DNA of 64,000 nucleotides from Rhizodiscina lignyota (lineage: Eukaryota). Position 1 is the stretch's first letter; the number at the start of each line of letters is the position of its first letter. The notes beneath the pieces were generated by a model that saw only the letters and a list, made by a program, of their open reading frames with translations, did not search any database and had not been told where the DNA came from. The position numbers were made by a program, and so were the translations under genes. The stretch is from the NCBI GenBank assembly GCA_010015805.1, contig ML978129.1, positions 1,488,001 through 1,552,000 on the forward strand, read 5' to 3'. Of this stretch, positions 1 to 11,610 are shown one piece after another.

Positions 1-1144
1 CGGCCGAGCTAGAGCGTTTACGTGTTGTTGCAGCCAAAGACTTCTGCTCAATGTAATCTGCGCTATAAATTACGTAGACTTTCCGAGCTTGATTGGCAGT
101 AACCAGGAATATGAGAGGCTTGCGTTTCGAGCTACTGCCGGGCAGCTCATGACCTGAAGAAACGTACAGAATTTCTTCATCATTGTGAAGGGGATCTGAT
201 TGTCGGACTGATGGCACATTTCGACCCCGCGGCTGTCCCGCTCGAGTACCAGGGGAAGAAACGACCAGGCCCATTTCCGAAAGAGGATCTGTAAGGGAAT
301 AGTGTCGAGGAAGATCATCGGCAGGGGGAGACTTTGCACTCCGGACGAGGTCGTCTAGAGCAAAAGATGCCCGGCTTCCACCACTACCGCGATCCTTCAG
401 TCTCCTGGGATGTGATTGGGCCGAGGAAGGTCGCCTTCGTTTTGGTTGGAGGGCCTCTGGTGACAGGAATGAGTTCTGGGGAGCAGATGGGAGGGCCGGA
501 GTAGACGCTATAGTATCTTGTGTGGGTAAACGGCGCTGTAGAATCAGCCCTCTAGGAGCTGGAAAGGCACGCTCAACCTCGAATGGGAGGTTGACAACAT
601 GACTCGAGCCACGAACGAAGTAGACGTGCGCTTGGAACTTGAGGAAGACAACTAAGGCGCGAGCCGTGCGCTCACCTCTGGTCTTTGCATGTGTGCGACC
701 TTTGAGAGCAAGAGGAGCATCTGGCGGTAGCGTCCCATACCCAGGTTTCTGCCGTACCGTCAAGCTGGTAGTGAACGATGTCTTAGCCTTTGCGCTTCCT
801 TGAGATGTCGGCGCACTTCGAACTCCATCTGTACTGGTCCTAACGGCCTTCTTTGGATCGACAAATTCTCCATCCTCTGAAGGAAACCAAGTCAGGACAG
901 CTTGCTGGACCTTCTGCTCCTCTACTTCGAATCTGAAGACCTTGCGCACAACGCCTCCAGTGCTGTAGACCACACAGTAATCCGTTGATACTATCTCTTC
1001 TTCTCCCAGCCCTTGTGCTCCTCCATCGTTGAAGGTCTCCCATGTATAGTCGCGCTCTGAAGGCTCTGCCGGGAGAATACCTTCGGCGATGAGGTAGGGA
1101 AGTGCGGAGGGAGTGTGGACGCCGAGGGAACGAAGTGCGGCCAT
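1..1144 (-). CDS. APC1: Anaphase-promoting complex subunit 1 (Apc1/BimE), 5' part; runs off the window
   Basis: Manual translation from ATG 1144 (absent from the ORF track because there is no stop in the window): MAALRSLGVHTPSALPYLIAEGILP...GGVVRKVFRFEVE...RALVVFLKFQAHVYFVRGSSHVVNLPFEVERAFPAPRGLILQR. This matches the recalled N-terminus of fungal BimE/Apc1. Confidence 0.88.
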   Translation of the reverse strand, partial: MAALRSLGVHTPSALPYLIAEGILPAEPSERDYTWETFNDGGAQGLGEEEIVSTDYCVVYSTGGVVRKVFRFEVEEQKVQQAVLTWFPSEDGEFVDPKKAVRTSTDGVRSAPTSQGSAKAKTSFTTSLTVRQKPGYGTLPPDAPLALKGRTHAKTRGERTARALVVFLKFQAHVYFVRGSSHVVNLPFEVERAFPAPRGLILQRRLPTQDTIASTPALPSAPQNSFLSPEALQPKRRRPSSAQSHPRRLKDRGSGGSRASFALDDLVRSAKSPPADDLPRHYSLTDPLSEMGLVVSSPGTRAGQPRGRNVPSVRQSDPLHNDEEILYVSSGHELPGSSSKRKPLIFLVTANQARKVYVIYSADYIEQKSLAATTRKRSSSA

Positions 1145-1240
1145 TGTCGTCCTGTTGACTGCATCTGAATATACATTAATGCGCTTGAGGGGGACATACT
1201 GCTCAGTGAAAGTGATGAGGTTGTGCGCGCCTAATTTTGT

Positions 1241-1271
1241 ACGCGTGTGTCCTCGGGCAGTCGCGACGCGT
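1241..1271. promoter_or_regulatory. Two MCB-like elements (ACGCGT) in the 266-bp APC1/NUP37 divergent promoter
   Basis: ACGCGT at 1241-1246 and 1266-1271. This is the MBF-binding consensus in fungi; function here is inferred. Confidence 0.45.
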
Positions 1272-1410
1272 CGTGAACATTTTGTGGAGGTAGTTATAAT
1301 GTCACGCTAGGATCGCCAACCACCAATAAGACTGTACCTGAGCTCTTCACTCTACCTAGGCAGCATTGACATTATAATTCCTTCCCACCTCGCCAAAACA
1401 ACTTCAATCA

Positions 1411-3144
1411 ATGCACCATACCACAATGTCGTCGCAAATCAAGCTCCCTCACCGCGTCCATTGCGCGAAAGTCTACCCTTTGAAAGACAATGGCTTAACT
1501 ATCATAGCCTATGGCCACGACGATGGCATATGTGTAACATGGAGAGCATCGAACACTCAGCAGGCCGAATTCCACATACCGTTGAACGCGGAGGCGTTAC
1601 ACATAGCGTTTCCAGACCTCCTCTCCTCCAGAGGATTACCCCCTGTTCTCCAGAAGCAAATTGTACTAGCAGTTGCATGCTCCGACGCGACTGTGAGAGT
1701 CGTCACACTCCCTCTTAGTGCCCCATCAGAGGAAGAGCAGAAGTCTTTCGCGAGATCAGGTCACAGCGAATACGTGGAACAGGCAACAATTGCTGCTGGT
1801 CCAAAAGGGCATCGTACCGCACCAACCAAGGTCGCGCTCACATGGACATCTCGAGAACCGTACGACCAAGCGGAAGACGAAGAAGATGAAGCCGTGCCAC
1901 AGCATCGACAGACTGAGAGCTCTCTGGAATGGGATCTTCTCCTCGCCTCTGTATCTCCAGATGTCTCTGGTCTCCTATTGGTTACGAGGGTTCCATTGGC
2001 TTCAGGCCCTGATGAACCATTCTTACGAACAACCAGCCTCACTGCATTTCAGCGCTGTTACTTAGCATCCCCAGCGGCAGACTTGGCCTTCAATCCTGCC
2101 CATTACCCTTCAAGGAGACACGCTCAGCTCATCATTGCCGAAAGAGGCGGACTTGTGCGTATATATGATCCTCTGTCGTCCGCAACATCTCAAGCAGGAT
2201 CATATCAAGACGGTGCCGACATTGTGCGCTCAGCACGTCAGGGCGTTTGGCTCGGCGTTCTCTCAACACCGTTTCACTCTCCTTCCTCTACCATGTCTGA
2301 TGTGGCATCTCCATCTCTTTCGATACGAAAGAGAATACTCGCCGCTCAATGGGCTCAACATGGTAGAGCTGTCCTTGTCCTTATGGCAGATGGCGAGTAT
2401 GCTCTCTGGGCTTTCGACGGTGCATCTGGTGCTACAAGCTCCCCTGAATTCCGTGGCTTCATCGCATCGTCTAGCTCGATATCACCCAACTCTGCACCAT
2501 CCCCCGAAAAGATTACGCGAACCTCTCGCTCTATCTTGGCGCCGACGACACCTCGAACACGTCGCGAGCGTGAAGTGAGGCTTTTCAGCTCCTCGTCTTC
2601 GGCTACAGCAGCTACTGTAACCCCTCGAGGCGGCATTTCAGTCTCACAAAGACCCTCTACTGTCGACGGCATCGGCGGCAGCGCAGCAGACGAGTCCATC
2701 ATCATCTGGTATGCCGATGCTGCTTACTCATTACACCGGCCCGCGCTATCCCAAATAGAAGGCGTAGATACGTCCGGGGAGATGCTCACATCCATCGACC
2801 AATTCCCAGCCAACGAGTCTACAAGGGGAACGTCACACACTCAACCAGACCTACTCATAGCCGCAGAGCACCGGCTCCAGATCATCGCCAAGAACCCCGG
2901 CCACCTAAATGGCACACTCTCGAACGCTCTTGTGAGAGTCGAAGACGACGCCGACGACGACGACAACGACAACGACGACGAAGAGATGGCTGATGCCCTC
3001 GAGGACAGGACGGACAAGGAGTTGCTGTTGCGCGGAGAGTTAGACATTGCTGGTATGGACAGAATGCTGGATAGTATGAACGGATCCAGATTTGGCGTTG
3101 CGAGAGGGCGGAGAGTTGGATTTGCTGCAACACCCACTCTCTAA
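1411..3144 (+). CDS. NUP37: Nucleoporin Nup37-like WD40 protein
   Basis: Intronless 577-aa ORF. N-terminal LPHRVHCAKVYP...TIIAYGHDDG, internal FNPAHYPSRRHAQLIIAE and C-terminal LLLRGELDIAGMDRMLDSM...RRVGF resemble Pezizomycotina Nup37. Confidence 0.75.
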   Translation: MHHTTMSSQIKLPHRVHCAKVYPLKDNGLTIIAYGHDDGICVTWRASNTQQAEFHIPLNAEALHIAFPDLLSSRGLPPVLQKQIVLAVACSDATVRVVTLPLSAPSEEEQKSFARSGHSEYVEQATIAAGPKGHRTAPTKVALTWTSREPYDQAEDEEDEAVPQHRQTESSLEWDLLLASVSPDVSGLLLVTRVPLASGPDEPFLRTTSLTAFQRCYLASPAADLAFNPAHYPSRRHAQLIIAERGGLVRIYDPLSSATSQAGSYQDGADIVRSARQGVWLGVLSTPFHSPSSTMSDVASPSLSIRKRILAAQWAQHGRAVLVLMADGEYALWAFDGASGATSSPEFRGFIASSSSISPNSAPSPEKITRTSRSILAPTTPRTRREREVRLFSSSSSATAATVTPRGGISVSQRPSTVDGIGGSAADESIIIWYADAAYSLHRPALSQIEGVDTSGEMLTSIDQFPANESTRGTSHTQPDLLIAAEHRLQIIAKNPGHLNGTLSNALVRVEDDADDDDNDNDDEEMADALEDRTDKELLLRGELDIAGMDRMLDSMNGSRFGVARGRRVGFAATPTL

Positions 3145-3447
3145 GACCACGCGGATGCTTAAGTGCTGCTACATGAGAAGATAGGCAGAAGATAATACCA
3201 ATTGAACAGGTGCTTCACGCACGTGTAATATCTCGTTGAATAACTAAATACTTTGAACTCTACGGATCATCCACCGCGCGACTGGAAGAAACATAATATG
3301 ATGTAAAGCCTCCAATGCTCCTTATTGGCCCTCCCCGCTGCCCCTGCAAGCCTCGTGCGCTCCAGCCAATATGCGCACGGACCATTCCGCTCCACTTTTT
3401 GTTCTATGTAGAAAAGCTCACCCTTCCAACCATTCCTCATCAACCAA

Positions 3448-3708
3448 CATTCGCGTTGTCAGGAGGAGCCCGAAAGACAGACTATTTCATGGCCCAGTAT
3501 TCCTCGCGAGACATCAAGTTGCATGTTCCTTCATGGCCACTTCGGTGGTCAGCGGCCTCACCACCAAAGGACGAGCAGAGGCATTCCATTTCGCTTTGCT
3601 GCATCACCGGAGCCGCTGCCTCAAGAGGTATTGCGGGAGGATGGTGGCAGCGCTTTTCTTGCAGCTTTTTCCACTGCGAGGGACGGCTATTGCGAATGCA
3701 ACATACCA
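3448..3708 (+). ncRNA. Candidate structured non-coding RNA, family unassigned
   Basis: Four nested long-range helices enclose three hairpins, including a cUUCGg tetraloop. Several G-U pairs work only on the + strand. See findings. Confidence 0.6.
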
Positions 3709-4347
3709 TTTTGAATATGTTTTCGTTTTTAGCATGTTGAAGGTGGAAGAATATTGGCGACAGATTTCACACCAAACTATGATGATGTATTTTATGTAGC
3801 GACAGAATAATGGCACGTATAACCATTCCGAGGAATGTAGAACTAAGTTTTCCGAGATGATAATCTCGCTGACGTTGACTTCAAGAGTTGCTCGTCCTCG
3901 GTTGCTACAGATTTCGCCACCCTCTCGAGTAACAGCGTGTGAAATGCGAGAAAGTGCACAGTGATTTCAGGGAGTTTGGAATGTTGAATAGTTCCTTCTT
4001 GAGTTAATTCATAAGTTTATCGTGCCATGCCGTTTTCCAGCGCCAACGCTATGCAAGCTCGGCCCATTGGCCGCAGGTAGCTATGCCTGGACAGTCTATC
4101 CCGCTAGGCTTATACATCGAACTTTTATCACTGCCTTGGGCCTCGGTGCAAAGCCATAAGCTCAGCAGTTAGCACTACTAAATCAGCAACTTGCTCGAGC
4201 GCATGCGAAATGCGTGCGATCGCAAATGCAGCTCTCCACGTAGGGAGCCTTTCCCTTCTGGATGAGCGTGCGTCCAGCCTCCCCAACTCCAATACCGATC
4301 CATCTACCTCTACATTCAAAATCATTGCCTTCGTCTACATTCTTCTC

Positions 4348-6928
4348 TCAACCCACAAATCCTAGACCCTCCAACTCCTTCCTCACCCCCTCCTCGGTCG
4401 AAATCTTTTGTACCTGCGTATTCTCCAACTTCTCTCCTGCGGCCTGCCTCATCTTCAGTTCATCGATTGCCCTCATCTTCTTCAGCAGACTCCGAATCTT
4501 CTTTTCTTGCGGCGAGCCACCCCCTGGGCTCATGATCGCTGAAGTCGGGCTCATAATCGTCGCACCTGGACTCATGATTGTGATATCCGGCGGCGGAGTA
4601 TCCAACGTCTGCACCGTGGGCCGCGTGGGAGGAGCAGCCGCTGGCAGCGGATCGCGCCGTATATCCGCCATCGTATGCTTTGGCTCGCGGTCGCGGCGTT
4701 CGCGGGATCGAGAGGCCTGGCGACTATGGCCACCACCTTCCTTTCCATCTCTCCCACCACGACTCCTGCTGCGCTCGTAACGGCGATCACCACGGTCACC
4801 ACGTTCACCACGATCACCGCTCTCTTTCCATTCCTTATCCTCTTTTCCGCGACTCCTGCTGCGTTCCTGTCCATGGCCGCCACTACGCTCACCACTGCGC
4901 TCCCGGTTTCGGCCGGGACTCCGATTGCGCGGGGAACGTCGTCCGTCTGGGGCGTCCGCGTCGTTGACGCTTAAACCACGCGTGCGCTCTGCTGCCTCTT
5001 TAGCCTTCTTTGCCTCGCGCTTCTTCTTGTTCTTCAGTGCTGTTTTGCTCATTCCCTCTTCTCCTTCACCAGCCCCTACCAGACTCACGCCACCACCTGG
5101 TGCAGCACCTGGAGGCAAGTTCGCATCAACTATCTCAGCGCCTGGGACATGGCGGCGTGGTTTGCCAAATCCATTTACACCAGACGACCCACCTGATGTA
5201 CTAGAGATGCCATTGCTAACATATGCAGCACCACCTTCGTCCTCACGCTTGAAGTGGAGCGGCGTAGAAGTCCCACGGGCACCAGGAGGGCGGTAAGCAC
5301 CTGCGGGTTTCGATGGGGTCTTGACGCGTGCAAGATACTCCAGCGCAGATGCGTGAGGTGTCGGAACTGGATGAAGTGGGTCTTCCAATGGGTGCATATG
5401 AAGAGGTTGAGGGCGCCATGTCACATGGTAAAGCTCTTGCATGTCTTCGTTGTACATGATTCCGCCGCCAACGTGCCACACCCTAATGCCATTGTCCACT
5501 CGAAGTCGCGGCGACGTCGTGGCCGTGAGGATGTGCTTGCCATCAGGACTCCACTCGCAAACAGACGCGTTGCTAGCCTCAATGGTGCAGATCTTGTTGT
5601 AATCTTTGTCCAAGTCGTAGATATCCATCTGGCCGTTCAAGTTTCCAAAACCGGCGACGAGGACAAAACGGCCGTGTGGAGAAAAGAGGATCGTATTTCG
5701 CGGGGCGAGAGGGAAGGTGTGCGTTGCGACTGCACGTTGGTTGAAAATGACCGTCTTGGCTGGCATGTAACCATACACCACGCCAAACTCTTTACTGTTC
5801 GGCGACCAAGACACGTCATGGATAGGGCCCTCCTTGTCTGTATGCAATTAGCTTTGAGTGCTCAGTGTGAGGTGTATGTAAAGGTATACCTAAGGTGATC
5901 CTCGAGTCAAATCCGCCATTTGCGCTCAGGATGTACATGTTCGTCTCCCCATAGTAGTTCTTGTTCGTCTTGTCGACCTCTGTCTGGGCGAGTACAATCA
6001 GGCTTGTGCCAAGCTCATTCCACTTCAATTGAACCTTGTCGCCTTTGAAAAAGGTCTTTTGCGACACGGGCGAAGCGAACTGCGGGACATTGAAGACCTT
6101 GACGGCGGCTGGTTGGCCCTAGTTAAAATTGTCAGTGCGCGGAAGTCGTCATTGTAAAGTGCGGTAAAAACCTTTCGTTCAGGGACAAAGATTGCAACTG
6201 AATTGGTCTTGCCTGGGGAAACCGCAAAATCGGTGACGCCCTCGACAATCAGCTTGTTCCACACAGTCTTGAGATCTCCGCTCTCATAGAATTGAACCTC
6301 GTTGGTGACGGTCCTAGCGCAATACCGCTCGTCGGAGGTATATTGGAGATTCCAGCCAGTCTGGTTGCGCTGCACAAACGAGCCAACCACGCTGCGTTCG
6401 CCTTTCTCACCAGCACCCTCATCGATGGTACGCCAGACTTTCAGATTCTTTGTCGCGTTACCATCCTCGTCCTTCGAGGATCTCTGCCAAGTTATGAGGT
6501 AGGTGCCGAGGGGAGAGAAACCAAGCTCATAGACGTTCTCTGCAGGGAGGGTCGTGACGAGATGGCCAACGGAAGCGTCGATTACCGAAACCCTAAGAGT
6601 CTATTATTAGAGCGGGTAACCAGCAAATGGTGGATGTAGCGCTCACTGTTCGGGCGATGCCCAGGCAAAGAACCTTCCATCAGGCGAGTAACAGCAGCAG
6701 CGCATGTTACCCTCTGGGCTACATGACGCGTTAGTATTGAACGTAAATCAAGCCAGGCCGAATGTTGCGCAACTCACCGAGCAAAGCCTGGGAGAGACTC
6801 GTAGAGAGGAGCCGCATTGAGGATGCCAATGCCCTTCAGGGTCCGAACTGTGTACGTGAGTTAGCGCATCGTAGTTCACATTCTGGAGACAGGCATCACA
6901 TACAAGCCAACTGCGTCGGTTCTGCCAT
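4348..6928 (-). CDS. eIF2A: Eukaryotic translation initiation factor 2A (multi-exon)
   Basis: Spliced start MAEPTQLAFRTLKG; motifs KTNKNYYGET, GPIHDVSWSP, LVAGFGNLNG and TATTSPRLRVDNG; C-terminal KKIRSLLKKMRAIDELK; about 5 introns. Confidence 0.95.
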
Positions 6929-9086
6929 GGCTAGCTAAAGTCACAGCTTAAACAACGAAGTGTGAGTGAGATGGTAGGTCTGGCGGGAATTCCTTTGATA
7001 TGGTCTTCGTGGACGTGGCTGAGCGGTTCGGTGCGTAGAAGGCGTAATATGGCGCCTGGTGGAACGCTGGAGTTTGAGGCCGCGAGCAAGATGAATGGAC
7101 GAGGAATTCTGCACAATGAATAGTCAAATCCACAGTGCTTGAGACTCGAGAGATGTGAGCGCCAGAGGGCGGAGGAGGTGATGGGAGTTGGGGCGGTGGA
7201 AGGGGCGATCCGGACACGCTGAGAGTTGATTGTTCCAAGTTGACGCAGTTGAGTGTGCGCACAATGGCTGCACTTGAATTTCTAGATCACCGCCAAGTCC
7301 CCGCCCCAGCAAGCCAGCCTTCTCGGATCGGAACGCCGCCACTAGCTGTCACACGTGCGGCGATAGACCGATCTGTTATGAAATTCTCCTACCATAATTC
7401 CAGCCTATTGGTTGCAGAGTGGCGGTTGTTTGCCAAAGCTCGTTGTTACGAGCATTTGCTGGCCACCCTTGAATCTTCCGTTCAGACGCTGTCCTTGAAC
7501 AGCCTCACAACCCAGACCTTTCCCTTGACTCAGATCGCCCCAGCTGAGACGGTCAATATTTTCAGTCGTATATCACCAGCTGAAAGGCGGCCGATTACGC
7601 TAAAAATCCCGTCAGCATATGAGTAAGCCTTGGAGCAAAAATTTGCATCTTGTCAGGCAGATCGGAGCGATGAGGCTGCATATGAAAATGCTCTCTTCAG
7701 GCGTGTAGGGAGAAAATAGTAGTATTCAGATGAGGTGTAGCATTGCTCAGAATAATTCAATGACCTCTATATCAACTGACAAGACCTCCTCTGTACCAGA
7801 ACTGTGAAATAGTCAGAAAATGGGATGCAAAGCTAGCGCTACGCCTCATTAAGCCTAGTGCATGCGGCGCCTGAATCTTTCTCTGCGCCTCTCCTCCGTA
7901 ATGAGTAAAGCAGTATGAACCTTAACCTAATGGAAATTCTCGTGTGATATTCAATGCCGTCTCAGATCATCTACTTCGTAAAAAGTCGAAGCTTATCACT
8001 ATTCCAACCCACCTTAAAACGGTCGGCATTGATAATGTGAAGTACCACTATCGGTTTTCTAATTTCTTACCACTACCTTAACGGTGAGATGTAGCTTCTC
8101 CCTCAGGTTTCAATCCTATCTATCCATCATTGGGATCCATTCGCCTTCATCAGGTTTCGGGAGCGGCCAGGACTGTGGTGACTGAATGTCTCCTTAGTCC
8201 CAACCATACCTCCTACGAAACGATAGAAGAAATGGGCCGATTTCGGGCCGATCACAATCGGATATCCCTGATATATCACTTTCTTGTTCAGACGTCGCGC
8301 GATGTTGTTGTTCTCTCCCTACGAGCGCCCGATATCACCCAGCCTAGCCTCTGTGGACGAGGGCATTATGTGTTATTGTAATCGCAATTGCAGCCATTTA
8401 CTTTATAGAATGCAGCCTTTGTAGACCCCTTCGGGACCCATGCGCAGACCTATGATCATGTTAGCATAGAGCTCGAATTAATTTAAAGTCTTGCAGCGGC
8501 TTCGTAAACCGATGAATTAGCGGGACTCGCGAGAATGAGCTTCTTTGCATTGCAAATATGCAGCTTCCAAGTTGCTCGGCACGCAGCGTGCAATCTCCTC
8601 AGACACTTGCCTTCCAGATGAATGTGATGCCAAGACAGTGTTAGCTATGTTTTTCAACCTCTCTAGATCTCTTCATCAATCTCTCCCCAACTCGGTTGAA
8701 TTGTGCCTTCCTATTCCATTACTGTCTTGTGGTGTTAATGGAACTACAGCCAAACCGTGTCTGCTAAATCCAGGCGGGAACCAAAACCAGTGAGTGTTTT
8801 CTGTTCTCGTCTTAAGATAGGTTCCGTTGACCACGCTAATAAGGTGTTCGTTCAGCACTGCTCCAGATAGCGAAGCTAATATTGCGTCATACCGCCGCGT
8901 TCTCCCTCACCCAAACACAGCAGCTACTTGATAAAAAAATTCTGCGCCTTCTCACAAGCTCTCCACGTCCTTCATAACCTACCACGACACGCTGGTATTC
9001 CAATCTTCGACGATAGTTAGGAATCCAGAGGTCTTCCACAAATGGATCGCGCGCAGGGGAGTGCACCAGGCTTCTCGTCGACGAAT

Positions 9087-10839
9087 ATGGATCCAACACC
9101 TCCGACTGTAAGTCATCCCACTGACGCAACCTGAAAACATAGTATGAGGGCATTAGGAAATCAAAAACACGTCCTCAAGTTCCACGCCTCGCGGTGATGC
9201 CATACTGTTCGGTTGGCCAATAGTGTCCTTGAAATCGCACCACGGAGAGATCAGCTCCGAAAATCTGTTTATTGTCACCAATGCCAAGCCACGCGTATTC
9301 ATGCTGGGGTTGTCTGGAAAGGTGTTCTCTTTGGAGACCGACGAGCCTGCAGTGGACTGTTCACTACCACATACAGTCCGAAAACACGATGACTCAAAGA
9401 CTGTCAGTATCCGCGGAATGGGAGACCGAAATGATCATTGGGCAGACTTGACTTTCGCTACTACGATGCACGCGAGCAGCTTTATGACCTATCTCTCCCT
9501 CATGCATACACGCCCAGGACTAGCACGAGAAGCACATACAACCCCCCCTTCTGAGGCCAAAGCTGCGCCACAGGCATCAACTCCCTCCAGTAACTCATAC
9601 GAGCGGGAAGTGCTGGAATCGGATGGTCCAAGACCATCCGAGAATGATCTGTATGATAAGCTTGACAAGCGAGCAGCTTCAAATCAACAGATCATTACTA
9701 GCTCTGCATCTGGCCAGAATGAGCGGGAAAAGATAAACACACCTCAAGGAGTCGCCAGCCTGTTTTCCGAACCCCATGTCGAGCCAGTAGAAAGATTCAA
9801 AAAGCCGCCAGAGCCGCTTGAGAACACGATTATATCCCTCATGAAGGAGCATAAGAGCTCTCTCAAGTCAGGGGATATATACGAACTCATGGAAACAAAG
9901 TATGACTACTACGGAAAGCACGCAAACAAAAGCCAATGGAAGGGTAGTGTTCGCTCGGTGCTGTGGGTCTCGCCACTCTTCTCCAAGCCTGACCCGAAGA
10001 GGGGTCAACCATGGACTTTTACAGGTGGACCTACAGAGTACACGTACCAGGGTCAGCGCAAATTACGGATTGAACATGGCCAGCGCAAGCAGCGTATTGA
10101 GCGAAGTCACAAATCCAAGACAAACGTACTGCGACAAGTCGTGAAAGCATTGCTCAAGCCAAGTGGTGTCCAGTCAACACGGCAATTAGCAGATCATATT
10201 GGCGAACATCAGCAATCCATTCGCGCCAGATACAAATCGCAGTCGAGCCTACAGTCGGCTGTTTACTACGTCCTCCGCCACAACCCCGAGGACTTCAAAC
10301 TTTTCCATGAGAGCAAAAACACAGTGCATTCCGCACTGTGGACACTTGTGGAAAGTAATGTCGATCAACCGGATGGCGTCGCACAAACCTCTGACGAACA
10401 GGTACCCGAGTTCCCGCATGCGACGTTCACGGCTGTGAATGGTACCTCCGGCAAGACGGCGACTTCTGTGAATAGCGTTCAGCATACTGGCATCGGAGGC
10501 TCTGAGTCTGAGAAGACGGGCGAGCTTAATAACACGGCGACCATTGACGTGAGAACCCCTGAGACCGGCTTAGGCGGAGCTGCAACTCGACAATCTCTAC
10601 CGGCAGAGACCCAGCTCGAAGTGATGGAGAGGCGTCTTGCAGCATTGACGACAGAGACGAAGCGTCTAAAGAGCGAGATGCGGGACATGAGGCGCAGAAG
10701 CGTGCATCCAGACTTCACGCCACCATCGGATCCCTCTACATTGATCGATGATGGAGGAAGCACTGGATCCGAAGCCAGTCCGGAACCTCGAAGGTCTGGA
10801 CGGAAGAGAAAGCATAGCGCCAAGGCCTCGCAGCAATAG
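9087..10839 (+). CDS. Putative nuclear protein with divergent forkhead/winged-helix domain(s)
   Basis: Exon 1 9087-9107 (MDPTPPT), intron GTAAGT..CATTAG 9108-9156, then in frame with the 538-aa ORF. KKPP..IISLMKE..LKSGDIYELMETKYDYY..QWKGSVRSVL..F.K...WTF follows the forkhead pattern. C-terminal coiled coil and an RRSGRKRK NLS-like stretch. Confidence 0.7.
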
Positions 10840-11610
10840 TTGGCTGGGGATGATATTGGAGGAGCACGTAGCAAGCACGAAGTTGTGAATCTCGTGGATT
10901 GATCGAAGAGAGAGATCTCTGAAGAAGAAATCCTATAATACACGAATGCACGTGCTCACGCGCTAGGACGTTCTGGGCACCTCCTGACAGATGATCAGAT
11001 TGAACATCAACAGAAGTGAATTCTGTTTAACGTCAAGATTGACGTTGGGGTAACTTCGATGGTTGTGGGCGTATGCGAGAAAACGGAGAGCTGGGGCGTT
11101 GTGCAACATTCTGGCTTCGTGATTCTGTCTTCTTGAGTTCTTCTTTTTTTCACAATGGTAAATCAATTGCAATTTGCGACCGGAATGTCAGCTCAAGCGT
11201 GGGAGGAGGCTCGTTAGATTAGAGTAGCTACATCACACAACGGAAATGTTAGCTACTTGCCCTAAACAGTGGATGTCGTTTGCGAATTCTGCGCGTTCCT
11301 CCATGTATTGTTTTGGGGCGCGTGGCGGGTGGCGAATATCACCAAGTTTCCGTCTTCTTTCGTAAAGATCGCATCTCTGAAAGCTTGGCTAAACAGTCTT
11401 TGGGCTGTGTTTATCACATAGGCACAGCTTCATTGAACATCATTTGTTGTATTGGTTGTGGATAGTCTCCACGCTATCCCTTTGTCGCCCCCCGTATCGT
11501 ACAGCCTATCTCGCCTCCCCGTGCACCTGCACGCCCCCATGCTCCGCCATCTCTTCAAACCGCCCGCCGTGCCGGGCCTCCTCCACCCCACCAAGCACTC
11601 ACTCCGGCCC

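Noticed and set aside
3497..3708. Identification of the structured RNA as snR30/U17 (TATTCC resembles m1)
   Set aside because: The m2 core AAACCA is absent, and the motifs are not arranged in a 3' hairpin before an ACA box.
3315..3816. Overlapping 60-142 aa ORFs between NUP37 and eIF2A
   Set aside because: No recognisable protein features; better explained by the structured RNA candidate.
3779..3872. ATGATGA...CTGA spaced about 94 nt apart (C/D box snoRNA-like)
   Set aside because: No convincing terminal stem and no rRNA-complementary guide that I could identify.
4262..5898. Long antisense ORFs over eIF2A (also over RXT3, AMO1 and others)
   Set aside because: Shadow ORFs produced by GC-rich, low-complexity coding sequence.
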